Both the position numbers and the translations under genes were made by a program. From Anaerolineales bacterium (GTDB lineage: Bacteria; Chloroflexota; Anaerolineae; Anaerolineales; UBA11579): a stretch of DNA of 64,000 bases. The notes beneath the pieces are model-generated. The model was not told the origin of the DNA. It searched no databases and was given only the letters and a program-made list of their open reading frames with translations. Positions within the stretch are counted from its first letter, which is position 1, and each line of letters opens with the position of its first letter. The stretch is from positions 509,984 through 573,983 of the forward strand of contig CAXXOS010000001.1 in assembly GCA_963676155.2 (NCBI GenBank). The letters run 5' to 3'. Shown here in pieces: positions 54,569 to 64,000 of the stretch.

Positions 54569-55558
54569 ATGGAATATCAAGATTATTATAAAATATTAGG
54601 CGTTGCAAAAAACGCTTCACAAGATGAAATAAAAAAGGCGTATCGCAAATTGGCGATGAAATATCACCCTGATCAAAATCCGGGAGATAAGACTGCGGAA
54701 GAAAAATTTAAGCAGATTAATGAAGCGAACCAAGTGTTGAGCGATCCTGATAAGCGAGCAAAATTTGACCAGTTGGGCTCTGCGTATAAGCAGTATCAAC
54801 AAACCGGTGGACAAGCTGGTGGGTTTGATTGGTCGCAATGGCAAAGTGCAGGGGGCGGAGGCGCGCAACGGGTTAACTTGGAAGATCTGGAAGATTTGTT
54901 TGGGGGCGGTGGATTCTCGGACTTTTTCAGCACCATTTTTGGGGGAATGGGTGGCATGGGGGGCGCAAGAACTAGCCGAAGCCGTGGTCAACAACGGGTT
55001 TATCAACAGCAAGCTGGCAATCCTTATGGATTCCCAAATGGCGGGTTTGATGGGCGTGGTCAGGCACAACAAGCGCCACAACGTTATGAAGAAAAATTAC
55101 AGATCAGTTTGAGTGAGGCTTATCATGGGTCTTCTCGACAGATTCGAGTGAATGACAAAACCTTAAATGTGAAGATTCCTAAGGGAATCACAAGTGGTAA
55201 GAAGATCCGAATGAAGGGAGTTGCTCCGGGAGATGGAGACCTTTATTTGGTGATGGATGTGGCAAATGATCCACGTTTTGAAGTGGAAGGTGCAAATTTA
55301 ACCACGAAAGTGAATGTTGATCTGTATACGGCTGTTTTGGGGGGCAAGGTGAATGTGTCGGGAATGGATAAGAATTATTCTTTGAATATCCCCGCAGGCA
55401 CCCAACCCGGACAAAAATTCCGCTTGAGTGGCAAGGGGATGCCAGTGTTTGGAAAAAAAGGACAATTTGGCGATCTCTATGCTCAGACTCAGGTTGAAAT
55501 TCCTAAAAAATTAACTGCCAAAGAGAAGAAGTTATTCTCCGAACTTGCGCAGAAATAA
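54569..55558 (+). CDS. cbpA: DnaJ-class co-chaperone without a zinc-finger domain (CbpA type)
   Basis: J-domain DYYKILGV...KYHPDQN, a G/F-rich region, no CxxCxGxG repeats, and C-terminal substrate-binding domains. Confidence 0.8.
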   Translation: MEYQDYYKILGVAKNASQDEIKKAYRKLAMKYHPDQNPGDKTAEEKFKQINEANQVLSDPDKRAKFDQLGSAYKQYQQTGGQAGGFDWSQWQSAGGGGAQRVNLEDLEDLFGGGGFSDFFSTIFGGMGGMGGARTSRSRGQQRVYQQQAGNPYGFPNGGFDGRGQAQQAPQRYEEKLQISLSEAYHGSSRQIRVNDKTLNVKIPKGITSGKKIRMKGVAPGDGDLYLVMDVANDPRFEVEGANLTTKVNVDLYTAVLGGKVNVSGMDKNYSLNIPAGTQPGQKFRLSGKGMPVFGKKGQFGDLYAQTQVEIPKKLTAKEKKLFSELAQK

Positions 55559-55582
55559 GCATGTAGAAAAGAGAAAGGACTT

Positions 55583-56746
55583 ATGAAGAATAAACGATTA
55601 ATTCTAATGACAGTAATCACTGTCCTCGTGATGAGTAGCTTTGCCTGCTCTTTGGGCAGCGTTAACTTCCGCCCTAACGAATTTTCTTTCTCATCCTCCG
55701 ACGAGACGGTTGTCGCAGAAGACACCTCAACTGCTCCCACCCTGATGGATGAAGAAACTGTGGTGACAGTGGTTAATTCAACCTCTGAAGACCTCTATAT
55801 TAATTTGTATAAAGAGGCGATCAAAGGTGTGGTTGTGATTCAAACTTATGTGGAAGATTCTGCATATGGGACAGGCACCGGCTTTGTGTTTGACAAAGAG
55901 GGGCATATTGTGACCAATTTGCATGTGATTGAAAATGCAGATACGGTTGTGATTGGTTTTGATACGGGCACTAAGGTTTATGCAAAAGTGGTTGGGAAAG
56001 ACCCAGATTCTGATCTGGCTGTGCTTTCTGTCGATATGCCTGCGGATGAACTTTTTCCTTTGCCTTTAGGTGACTCGAGCGCTTTGCAAGTGGGTCAGTC
56101 TGTGGTGGCAATTGGGAACCCGTTTGGACATAATGGTACGATGACAACAGGGATTGTTTCTGCTTTGGGACGTACGATGGATTCTTTGAATTCTACGCCT
56201 GATGGCAGCGTTTTCTCTGCTGGTGACTTGGTGCAAACAGATGCGGCGATTAACCCTGGCAACAGCGGTGGCCCATTGTTGAATTTGGCTGGAGAAGTGA
56301 TTGGCGTGAATCGCGCAATCGAATCTTCTGGATATAGCTTGACGGGACAAGGGCAAAACTCTGGGGTTGGGTTTGCTGTTTCTTCGAATATTGTGAACCG
56401 AGTGGTGCCTGACTTGATTGCGCAAGGCTATGTGGACTATCCTTACTTGGGTGTGACTGTTTATAATGAAATTCCGTTGCAAGTGGCAGAGGAGTTGGGC
56501 TTGGAAAAGGCAGTGGGATTCATTGTCTCTGAAGTTTCCGCAGGTGGCCCGGCTGATGAAGCTGGTTTGCAAGCAAAAGACACTGTGATTGGGATCAATG
56601 GCGTTGATGTGAAGAACTTTGATGAGCTGTTGAGTTATTTGTTGGCGAATGTATATCCGGGTGAAAGTGTGACATTGACTTATATCCGTGATGGACAAAC
56701 GATGACCACTGATTTGGTGGTTGGTGCTCGCCCCCGCAGTAACTAA
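55583..56746 (+). CDS. htrA: HtrA/DegP family serine protease with a PDZ domain
   Basis: Catalytic TNLHV, DSDLAVL and GNSGGPL, with a C-terminal PDZ. Confidence 0.9.
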   Translation: MKNKRLILMTVITVLVMSSFACSLGSVNFRPNEFSFSSSDETVVAEDTSTAPTLMDEETVVTVVNSTSEDLYINLYKEAIKGVVVIQTYVEDSAYGTGTGFVFDKEGHIVTNLHVIENADTVVIGFDTGTKVYAKVVGKDPDSDLAVLSVDMPADELFPLPLGDSSALQVGQSVVAIGNPFGHNGTMTTGIVSALGRTMDSLNSTPDGSVFSAGDLVQTDAAINPGNSGGPLLNLAGEVIGVNRAIESSGYSLTGQGQNSGVGFAVSSNIVNRVVPDLIAQGYVDYPYLGVTVYNEIPLQVAEELGLEKAVGFIVSEVSAGGPADEAGLQAKDTVIGINGVDVKNFDELLSYLLANVYPGESVTLTYIRDGQTMTTDLVVGARPRSN

Positions 56747-56774
56747 TCCGTAATCAATTAAATTAATAAAAAAA

Positions 56775-56802
56775 AGCGACTCGATTTTTTGAGTCGCTTT
56801 TT
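56775..56802. terminator. bidirectional terminator between convergent genes
   Basis: agcgactc gatttttt gagtcgct, flanked by an A-run and a T-run. Confidence 0.7.
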
Positions 56803-56819
56803 CGTTTGTTTGCTAAGGA

Positions 56820-57314
56820 TTAGTCTTCTTCAACGTCTAAGAGTCCACCGTGATAGGTGAGTTCGTAGATTTTTTCACCGTCTTTGAGGATATATTCTTT
56901 GCCAGTGAAATAGCGGAAGTCGCCTTCGTTGGTGTCAATATAGGTGAAGCCATCTTCAGTGGTGAATTCATAAGGACCTAAGAAACGACCTTCGGTATAC
57001 AGATTGGAGAGGCTTTGTTTGAGCACTTCGCCCACACCTGCGGCGGAGATCATATCGTCTCGTAATAATTTGCCGTAGTAGTTCATCCCCCAAATGGCTC
57101 TGCCCATAAAATAGACAATTTCTTCCCCAATAAAATTGGAACTGCCATAGTAGCTATCGAGATAGCTAAAAACACCATCTTTATGTTCCATATCGAATGA
57201 ATTAGGACGGTGAGAGTTGACTTTTTCACCACTACCAATATAGGTTTTGGATTTTGCAGTCACAATAAATGCTAATAATTCTTCGGGATGATAGGGAGAG
57301 GTATCAATTTGCAT
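56820..57314 (-). CDS. DUF5680-like protein
   Basis: The pattern FIVTAKSKTYIG...YYGSSNFIGEEIVYFMGRAIWGMNYYGKLL...YHGG recalls DUF5680. This is from memory only. Confidence 0.45.
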   Translation of the reverse strand: MQIDTSPYHPEELLAFIVTAKSKTYIGSGEKVNSHRPNSFDMEHKDGVFSYLDSYYGSSNFIGEEIVYFMGRAIWGMNYYGKLLRDDMISAAGVGEVLKQSLSNLYTEGRFLGPYEFTTEDGFTYIDTNEGDFRYFTGKEYILKDGEKIYELTYHGGLLDVEED

Positions 57315-57354
57315 ACTTATTTCCTTACTTGTTTCCTTATTTTTTCATTAAAAT

Positions 57355-57726
57355 CTATTTTGCAACTGGCATGTCACGGCTGGCGAGTATATTTATATCA
57401 TATCCCAGCGGATTTTCTATGAGTATATCACCTTTTTTTATGGGGGCTGTGACTTCTTTTTCGCGGATGATGGCGAGCAGATCAAAGATTTTGTCTTTGG
57501 GGAAAGGGGTGGCAGTATAGACGGGGAGGACGGGAAGCAAGCCGTTTTGGACACGGACGGTGCTGGCGACCATGCGACGTGGGTCGGTGAGCTCTTGTTT
57601 GGCATAGGCTACGCCACGTTTGCATCCAGCATCTACGTGGGTGATTTCTCCATCTAGTTTATCTACATGTAATACACAGCCTTTGGGGCAACTGACACAT
57701 AAGAGGGTTTCTTGTTCTTTTGTCAT
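57355..57726 (-). CDS. DUF1667 domain protein
   Basis: LLCVSCPKGCVLHVD N-terminal motif, 123 aa, adjacent to the FAD oxidoreductases. Confidence 0.8.
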   Translation of the reverse strand: MTKEQETLLCVSCPKGCVLHVDKLDGEITHVDAGCKRGVAYAKQELTDPRRMVASTVRVQNGLLPVLPVYTATPFPKDKIFDLLAIIREKEVTAPIKKGDILIENPLGYDINILASRDMPVAK

Positions 57727-57727
57727 T

Positions 57728-59026
57728 TTATTTCACCTTGGTTTTCTCGAGAATGCGCACGGAAAGAGTTTGGACTCCTTGCAGGGCTTCGAGATCTTTT
57801 TCTTTTAATTTGACGGAGACCATTTCACCGGGGCGGACATATTGTTCTACTTTACGGGTGATGAGGGTGTCGCCATTTAAGACTTGAATGTGGACGGGCT
57901 CTTCAATGGGATGAGTGACGCGCAATTGGAGATCGATGGGATTATTGTGCAAATTTTTGGGTGCGATCTTTTGGGGGACGACATAGCGTACGTTTTGCCC
58001 GGGTTGGATTTCAATATCAGGCATGTCTTGGACAGGTGTTTGGCCTGCGCTGCGTGCATTGGCGTAATTGGCGGCGTTTTCACCGGCTTTGATGCCTGCG
58101 ATGGTGACCCAGTCGGCGAGGTCGTAGACATGCACGACGTTGCCAGCAGCGAAGATGCCGGGGACATTGGTTTGGAATTGATCGTCTACGATGGGTCCGC
58201 CAGTGATGGGGCTGAGTTCTACCCCCGCAGAGCGGGAAAGTTCGTTTTCAGGAATGAGACCGACGGAGAGAAGGAGGGTGTCACATTCAATGGTTTCTTC
58301 TGTACCGGGGATGAAGTTCATTTTGTCGTCTACTTGGGCGATTTCAACTGCTTCAATACGGTCTTTGCCGATGATGCGTTTGACTGTGGTTTGGAGCTGG
58401 GTGGGGATCTCAAAGTCTTGACAGCATTGGACGAAGTTGCGGGTGAGGCCGTTGATGAAGGGCATGATCTCGACAACGCGTTCCACTTTGGCCCCTTCAA
58501 AGGTCATGCGACGGGCCATGATGAGGCCGATGTCGCCAGAGCCAAGGATGACGCATTTTTCGCCAGGCATGTAGCCTTCCATATTGACCCAGCGTTGGGC
58601 GGTGCCAGCGGTATAGACGCCAGCAGGTCGGGGACCGGGGATTTGGATTTGGGCACGTGAGCGTTCTCGGCAGCCCATGGCCAATACGACGGCGTTGGCT
58701 TCTAAGGTGAGATAGCCATGTTCTTGCGAGCTGGCGATCACTTTTTTGTCGGGGGTGATTTCGATGACCATGGTGTCTAGCAATGTTTCTACACCGAGGT
58801 CGAGCATTTCTTGAATATAGTGTTGGGCGTAAGAAGGGCCGGGCAATTCTTCGCCTAGATTTTCGACGCCGAAGCCGTTATGGATACATTGGAGGAGGAT
58901 ACCTCCGAGTTCGACATCGCGTTCGATGACGAGCACGCTTTGCGCACCAGCTTTTTTGGCACCGATTGTCGCACCGACACCACCGGGACCGGAACCAATG
59001 ATAATTACATCGTAGTTTGTTTTCAT
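57728..59026 (-). CDS. FAD/NAD(P)-dependent pyridine nucleotide-disulfide oxidoreductase family protein
   Basis: YDVIIIGSGPGGVGA plus a second dinucleotide fold, VILGSGDIGL. Confidence 0.8.
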   Translation of the reverse strand: MKTNYDVIIIGSGPGGVGATIGAKKAGAQSVLVIERDVELGGILLQCIHNGFGVENLGEELPGPSYAQHYIQEMLDLGVETLLDTMVIEITPDKKVIASSQEHGYLTLEANAVVLAMGCRERSRAQIQIPGPRPAGVYTAGTAQRWVNMEGYMPGEKCVILGSGDIGLIMARRMTFEGAKVERVVEIMPFINGLTRNFVQCCQDFEIPTQLQTTVKRIIGKDRIEAVEIAQVDDKMNFIPGTEETIECDTLLLSVGLIPENELSRSAGVELSPITGGPIVDDQFQTNVPGIFAAGNVVHVYDLADWVTIAGIKAGENAANYANARSAGQTPVQDMPDIEIQPGQNVRYVVPQKIAPKNLHNNPIDLQLRVTHPIEEPVHIQVLNGDTLITRKVEQYVRPGEMVSVKLKEKDLEALQGVQTLSVRILEKTKVK

Positions 59027-59041
59027 GTTGATTTCCTTCCT

Positions 59042-60541
59042 TTAGCCTTCGTTGATGACGATTTTGGATCGGCGGGAGAGGAATTCGGAACCTTCTCCTT
59101 TTTTGCTGACTTCAAGATGGGATAGCCCAGTTTCTCGAGCGAGGATATCGACTACACGGGGCATATCAAAACCACCGAGACAACGACCGGTGCCGAGCCA
59201 TGTGCGACGTTTGATGGCATCATAGGTGAGGGCGGGAATGGGGGCATGGATGGCGTCGATGATTTCACCTTCGGTGACGTTTTCACAGCGACAGATCACG
59301 CGACCATAGGCGGGATTTTGGGCGATGAGCGTTTGGCGCTCTTCATGGGTCATGCTGGCAAAATTGGGACGAGCAGGCCGAATGGGGTTCCAGTCTTTTT
59401 TCTCTACAAATTTTTCTCCTGCTTTTTCCATTAATTCGATGACGTAGACGGCGATGGCGGGGGCACTGGTGAAGCCGGGGGATTCGATGCCGCCGAGGTT
59501 GACAAAGCCTTCGACTTCTTCAGGAATTTCGATGATGAAGTCTTTGTTATAGTCAATATTGGGATCTTCACAAGGGGCATTGCCACCAGCACGTAGACCC
59601 GCGAAATTGGCTACGGTGAATTTTTTGTTGAGAGTGGGGATGAGTTTTTTGGTGCCTTCCCACACTTCTTCTAATCCTGATAAAGTAACTGCTTTATCAC
59701 TCTTGTCGTCAATTTCTTCAGCTGTGGGTCCTAAGAAGGCATTGCCATGGGTGGTGGTGCCAACCACGATGCCTTTGGAGATTTTGCTGGGAACGGGGAA
59801 GATGACGGTGTCGATTTGGAATTCGGCGCCATCAAGGACGTAGTATTCGCCTTTGCGAGGGGTGATCTTGAATTCTGGACGAATGCCGAGTTTGTGCATA
59901 ACTTCGTCTGCATAGAGACCGGCGGCATTGATTACCCAGCGAGCGTTGAACTCCCCTTGATTGGTTTTGATACCGACGACTTTGTTGCCCTCGGTGAGGA
60001 ACTCTTCAAATTTGGTGTTGAGCTTTACGGTGGTGCCATTCATGACGGCGTTTTCGGCAGCGGCGACAACAGCGCCAAAGGGATCGACGACTCCAGCGGT
60101 GGGTGCCCAGAGTGCACCGACGACAGTTTTGGCAACTTCGGGAACACGTGCACGCACCACTTCGGGACCCACGATGGTGAGCCCGGGGACGCCATTTTTG
60201 AGTCCACGTTCTAGCAAGGGTTGCAGATCGTCTAATTCTTCTTGTGACGTGGCAACCACAAAATCGCCACAACGTTTGAAGCCAATTTGTAATTCTTCTG
60301 CGAGTTGATCCCACATGGGATTGGCGGCGATGTTCATTTTGGATTTCATTGTGCCGGGGATGGGGTTGTTGCCACTGTGAATGATGGCGGAGTTGGCGGC
60401 ACTGGTTTCCATGCCGATGTCTGAATTTTTATCAATCAGAAGGATGTCGAGCTCGTATTTGGATAAGAAACGAGCCATCATGCTGCCGACAATGCCAGCA
60501 CCAATGATGATGACGTCGTAGTTTGTTTTTGTAGGGGCCAA
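59042..60541 (-). CDS. FAD-dependent oxidoreductase, GlpA-like (glycerol-3-phosphate dehydrogenase type) with a BFD-like [2Fe-2S] domain
   Basis: YDVIIIGAGIVGS. C-terminal CRCENVTEGEIIDAI...RRTWLGTGRCLGGFD. TTG start with a GGAGG RBS. Confidence 0.8.
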   Translation of the reverse strand: MAPTKTNYDVIIIGAGIVGSMMARFLSKYELDILLIDKNSDIGMETSAANSAIIHSGNNPIPGTMKSKMNIAANPMWDQLAEELQIGFKRCGDFVVATSQEELDDLQPLLERGLKNGVPGLTIVGPEVVRARVPEVAKTVVGALWAPTAGVVDPFGAVVAAAENAVMNGTTVKLNTKFEEFLTEGNKVVGIKTNQGEFNARWVINAAGLYADEVMHKLGIRPEFKITPRKGEYYVLDGAEFQIDTVIFPVPSKISKGIVVGTTTHGNAFLGPTAEEIDDKSDKAVTLSGLEEVWEGTKKLIPTLNKKFTVANFAGLRAGGNAPCEDPNIDYNKDFIIEIPEEVEGFVNLGGIESPGFTSAPAIAVYVIELMEKAGEKFVEKKDWNPIRPARPNFASMTHEERQTLIAQNPAYGRVICRCENVTEGEIIDAIHAPIPALTYDAIKRRTWLGTGRCLGGFDMPRVVDILARETGLSHLEVSKKGEGSEFLSRRSKIVINEG

Positions 60542-60680
60542 GGGTGTATACCTCCAAGAAATTTTGAATTAGTTAAATTATATACTTTTTTTGCAGAGCT
60601 TGGATAATTTTTCATGAGACTTGCAAAACTTTGCAGTTAAATGAAATCGCCACCCATTTGGATGGCGTTTTTTTGGGAAA

Positions 60681-63077
60681 TTATTCAACGAGATAGGCAA
60701 TGGTGGCACCATCCCCTCCTTCGTTTTGTTGTGCGTCTTGATGGCTTTGAATATAGGGATGATTGCTCAAAAATTGACGCACGGCACTGCGTAAACGACC
60801 AGTACCTTTGCCATGCACGATGCGTACAAAGGGCATGTGTGAGACATAGGCGGCATCAAGATGACGTTCGAGTTTTTCAAGTCCTTCGTCTACGGTCATA
60901 CCAATCAGATTGAGCTCAAATCCGGGGGAGTCATAGGAGAAATTGCTGCCAACTTTGGGGCCGACATACGTTTTTTCTACTTGCTTTTGTTTGCGTTTGA
61001 TTAGTTCAACATCTTTTTTATTGACGCGTAGGCGCAAAGTGCCGACTAAGACTTCTAATTTATTGGCGAATACTGCCGAGACGGTGCCTTCTTTTTGATA
61101 GGTTTTGATGTGCACTTGATCGCCTTTACGAAAATCATCCTGATCTGTTGACTCACTAGATTCTGTGACGATCTGTTGGGAAGTCTTTTGAATCTTTTTG
61201 TGATAGGAATTGATTTTGGTTTCTAGCTCATCAATTTGTTCGGTGGGCTTGCGTTTGAGTTCAAGATTCCTTCTGGAGACGGCCATTTCCTTTTTAAGTG
61301 CTTGCATTTCTTGTTGGGCTTCTTGCAATTCTTTTTCTAAGACGGTTTGGCGTTCTTCTTCAAATTCACCGAGTTGTTTTTTGAGTTCGGCTCGGTATTT
61401 ATCTGCTTTGCGACGAGCACGGCTGGCGCGATTACGTTCTTTTTTGGCGATTTTTTGTAAGCGTTGCACTTCTTCAAGCAGGTCTTCGGCACGTAATTCG
61501 TTGGGGTCAATCACCGATTCTGCATCAGTGATGATATCTTCTTGTAAGCCAAGCCGTTTGGCAATTGCCAGTGCATTGGAGCGACCGGGCATCCCGATGA
61601 GAAGACGGTAGGTGGGGCGCAAGGTGTGGGTGTTGAATTCTACGGAGGCGTTGATGACACCAGTGTTGACTTGGGCAAAGCTTTTCAGGCTGGGATAGTG
61701 CGTGGCGATTACGGAGGTGACTTTTTCTTGGACGAGATGGTTCATAATGGCACGCGCTAGGGCGGCGCCTTCTTGCGGGTCTGTGCCGGAGGCGAGTTCG
61801 TCGAAGAGAATCAGGCTGTGATGATCGGCTTTGTCTATGATGCGGATGATGTTTTTGACATGCCCTGAGAAGGTGGAGAGCGATTGTTCGATGGATTGTT
61901 CGTCACCAATGTCTGCGTAGATGTTTTTGAATAAACTAATTTTGCTACCCGCTTGGCAGGGGATGTGCAGACCGCTTTGTGCCATGGCAGAAAGCAGACC
62001 GATGGTTTTGAGGGTGACGGTTTTGCCACCCGTGTTGGGACCGGTGATGACCATCATGAAGGTGCTATCATCCCAGATGACATCAATGGGGACGATTTGT
62101 TTGGGATCGATGAGGGGATGACGAGCTTTGTTTAATTGAATGGTGATGCCAGAGGTGTTATCCTCGGCGTTATAGTTGGTGATTTCAATCAAAGCGGGTT
62201 CTGTGGCTTCGATTTGATTGGCGTATTTGCCTTTGGCGAGAATCATATCTAGATGAGCGACGGTGTTGAGGGAGAGTAGGATATCTTCGTGATGGGCTTT
62301 GATTTGATCGGTGAGGAAAATCATGAGGCGGAGAATCTCATCACGTTCTTCTAGTTGAAGTTTGCGGACCTTGTTGTTGAGCTCGACTAATGATTCTGGT
62401 TCAATAAAAAGTGTTGCACCTGAAGAAGAGGAATCGTGAATGATGCCTTTGATGCGCCCTTTGGATTCTGCCCGTACGGGAATGACGATGCGACCATCAC
62501 GTTGGGTGATGATGGCGTCTTGAATATGGGGGGCTAGATTTTTATTGCTAATGATTTGTTGGGCTTTTTGAGATAGCTGGCTGTGAGTGGATTGTTGGGC
62601 TTTGCGAATGGAAGCCAGTTGAGGAGAGGCGCTATCTTTGATATCCCCTTTTTCGTCGATGACTTGGGTGATCTTTTGGATGGTGTCTGTGAGGGAGGGG
62701 ATCTTGGCAGCGATGGCTGCTAAAGAAGGATAATTCTCTGCGGAGCGATTGAACACACGGGCCACATCACGTGCGGTGAGCAAGGTGGCTTTGATATCTT
62801 GGACATCTGCGGGTTGCAGAATTTTGCCACGTTGTGCATCGGCCAAGAAATCGCGTATATCAAATACGCCTCCTACCAAGTTTCCTTCACTTTCGGCTAG
62901 GAATTGGCGGGCTTCGCTTGTCTCTCGAATCCAAAGCGCTGCTTGTTCTGCTTTGTGCGTAGGCTTCAGGTTTCTAGCGAGCTCTTGTGCGACAAAGCTG
63001 CTGCAGTTGGCTTCAACTTTGCGGAGCACTTTATGGTATTCCAAAATATTAAGTGTTTTAACGTCCATAACAGGCAT
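60681..63077 (-). CDS. mutS2: endonuclease MutS2 (MutS domain V ATPase plus C-terminal Smr)
   Basis: Walker A GPNTGGKT, a long coiled-coil region, and the Smr domain LNLIGMTVDEGLEKLERHLD...RIVHGKGTGRLR. Confidence 0.9.
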   Translation of the reverse strand: MPVMDVKTLNILEYHKVLRKVEANCSSFVAQELARNLKPTHKAEQAALWIRETSEARQFLAESEGNLVGGVFDIRDFLADAQRGKILQPADVQDIKATLLTARDVARVFNRSAENYPSLAAIAAKIPSLTDTIQKITQVIDEKGDIKDSASPQLASIRKAQQSTHSQLSQKAQQIISNKNLAPHIQDAIITQRDGRIVIPVRAESKGRIKGIIHDSSSSGATLFIEPESLVELNNKVRKLQLEERDEILRLMIFLTDQIKAHHEDILLSLNTVAHLDMILAKGKYANQIEATEPALIEITNYNAEDNTSGITIQLNKARHPLIDPKQIVPIDVIWDDSTFMMVITGPNTGGKTVTLKTIGLLSAMAQSGLHIPCQAGSKISLFKNIYADIGDEQSIEQSLSTFSGHVKNIIRIIDKADHHSLILFDELASGTDPQEGAALARAIMNHLVQEKVTSVIATHYPSLKSFAQVNTGVINASVEFNTHTLRPTYRLLIGMPGRSNALAIAKRLGLQEDIITDAESVIDPNELRAEDLLEEVQRLQKIAKKERNRASRARRKADKYRAELKKQLGEFEEERQTVLEKELQEAQQEMQALKKEMAVSRRNLELKRKPTEQIDELETKINSYHKKIQKTSQQIVTESSESTDQDDFRKGDQVHIKTYQKEGTVSAVFANKLEVLVGTLRLRVNKKDVELIKRKQKQVEKTYVGPKVGSNFSYDSPGFELNLIGMTVDEGLEKLERHLDAAYVSHMPFVRIVHGKGTGRLRSAVRQFLSNHPYIQSHQDAQQNEGGDGATIAYLVE

Positions 63078-63261
63078 AGTTTACCATAATTTTGCGCAAA
63101 TACATGCCTATTGCTGTTTCGTTTTTTGCATGTTATGATTAATTCAGGTGGGGCTATGCTCCATTTTCAAATTTCGCTCTTTTATTTATTTAATTTTATT
63201 TTTATTGATTTTATTCATGTTGAAATTTGAGATCAGTTTATTAATAAGGAATTATTGAATT

Positions 63262-64000
63262 ATGAAGACAAATTTATTTTCACGGATAGTGGGAGCTATC
63301 TTATTTGCGATGGTTGGCACTATGTTGGGGGTTTGGTTAATGAACCTTGGACTCATCTCTCCGAACAATACTGTCTTCCTATGGATTTTGGTTGGCGTTG
63401 CTGCTGTGCTGGGGTTGTTGATTACTCCTGCGCTAACAACTGTTCCGGTTGAAAAGGCAAAAGCCAAATTAAGTGAATTATCTGATCAGGCTTTGTTGAG
63501 TGTGACCCTTGGATTTTTTGTTGCAGTGGCGACAGGGGCGTTGATTTCTGTGCCTTTGTTCCGTTTGCCAGGTATTTTCGGGGTTGTGGTTCCGATTTTT
63601 GTGACGATTGGTTTGGCGACTGTGGCGGTTTCTGTTTTTTCGAAACGTGAATTTGAGCTCACTCTGAATGCTACGAAAAAGATTAGTGCACCGGAGTTGC
63701 CAGAAACACCATTGGCACCACCAGAACGTAAGGTGTTGTTGGACACAAGCGTGATTATAGATGGACGTATTTCTGATATTGCTCGGACTGGTTTTGTGCC
63801 GGGGACACTGTTGATTCCAAACTTTGTGTTGAATGAATTGCAATTTATTGCTGATTCTGGGGATGCGTTGCGCCGCCAACGCGGACGCCGTGGTTTGGAA
63901 GTGTTGAGCAATATGCAAAAAGATGCTTTGATCTCTGTGAAGATCACCAGTGTGGATGTGGATGGGGTGAATGCAGTGGATGAAAAATTGGTGGTGTTGG
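63262..64000 (+). CDS. PIN/TRAM domain membrane protein (YacL-like), 3' end beyond the window
   Basis: My own translation from the ATG at 63262 gives MKTNLFSRIVGAILFAMVG..., four hydrophobic helices, then the PIN core KVLLDTSVIIDGRISDIARTGFVPGTLLIPNFVLNELQFIADSGDALRRQRGRRGLEVL. The frame is open to position 64000 and is not in the supplied track because no stop is reached. Confidence 0.75.
   Translation, partial: MKTNLFSRIVGAILFAMVGTMLGVWLMNLGLISPNNTVFLWILVGVAAVLGLLITPALTTVPVEKAKAKLSELSDQALLSVTLGFFVAVATGALISVPLFRLPGIFGVVVPIFVTIGLATVAVSVFSKREFELTLNATKKISAPELPETPLAPPERKVLLDTSVIIDGRISDIARTGFVPGTLLIPNFVLNELQFIADSGDALRRQRGRRGLEVLSNMQKDALISVKITSVDVDGVNAVDEKLVVL

Noticed and set aside
57884-58660. 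258-aa plus-strand ORF (Gly/Asp/Val-rich) antisense to the FAD oxidoreductase. The same applies to 7676-8197, 59747-60214 and 2764-3126.
   Set aside because: These are skew-generated antisense frames inside minus-strand genes that carry clear dinucleotide-binding or family motifs.
1-64000. Mobile-element hallmarks (transposase, integrase, IS inverted repeats, prophage genes) around the three compositional islands
   Set aside because: None were recognised in any frame. The islands are therefore called from composition and gene content only, not as defined mobile elements.

Overview
This is a chromosomal window with about 60 credible protein genes, one tRNA-Leu(CAA), the standard genetic code and Shine-Dalgarno sites. 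I found no rRNA, CRISPR array, transposase or integrase. The gene content (hypABFCDE, GlpA-like/DUF1667 oxidoreductases, R3H-ATPase, LamG-type secreted protein, Thr/Pro-rich linkers) suggests an anaerobic Chloroflexota-like bacterium, but taxonomy cannot be verified from the sequence alone. The backbone is housekeeping: ychF, pepF, deoxynucleoside kinase, tmk, gmk, hpt, clpC, mutS2, cbpA-htrA, a Ca-type P-ATPase, a YtrA-type GntR plus ABC-2 exporter operon, the hyp maturation operon and a GlpA-like three-gene cluster. One global property stands out. The plus strand is strongly G-rich and C-poor whatever the gene orientation (hand counts of six 60-nt lines gave G/C from 17/11 to 28/5). This explains the many long, low-complexity antisense ORFs in the supplied track, which I reject. 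Three AT-rich segments lack this skew and carry the most unusual genes. (i) 1-1700 holds a single-HKD PLD-family nuclease cassette bracketed by 34-nt direct repeats, next to a DUF559 endonuclease gene. (ii) 4018-7475 holds an LRR-Roc-COR (ROCO) GTPase whose LRRs are 12 near-identical 69-bp tandem units, plus a convergent, overlapping membrane protein gene. (iii) 13.7-16.0 kb is a roughly 20-25% GC two-gene island whose products both carry HEPN-type Rx4H motifs. This island is my best candidate for an undescribed toxin or anti-phage module. Separately, three consensus ParB-binding parS sites sit within 140 bp (23214-23352) in the leader of the yhfC-ABC operon, marking an origin-proximal centromere-like locus. 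All functional calls come from motif recognition by eye; no database search was possible.
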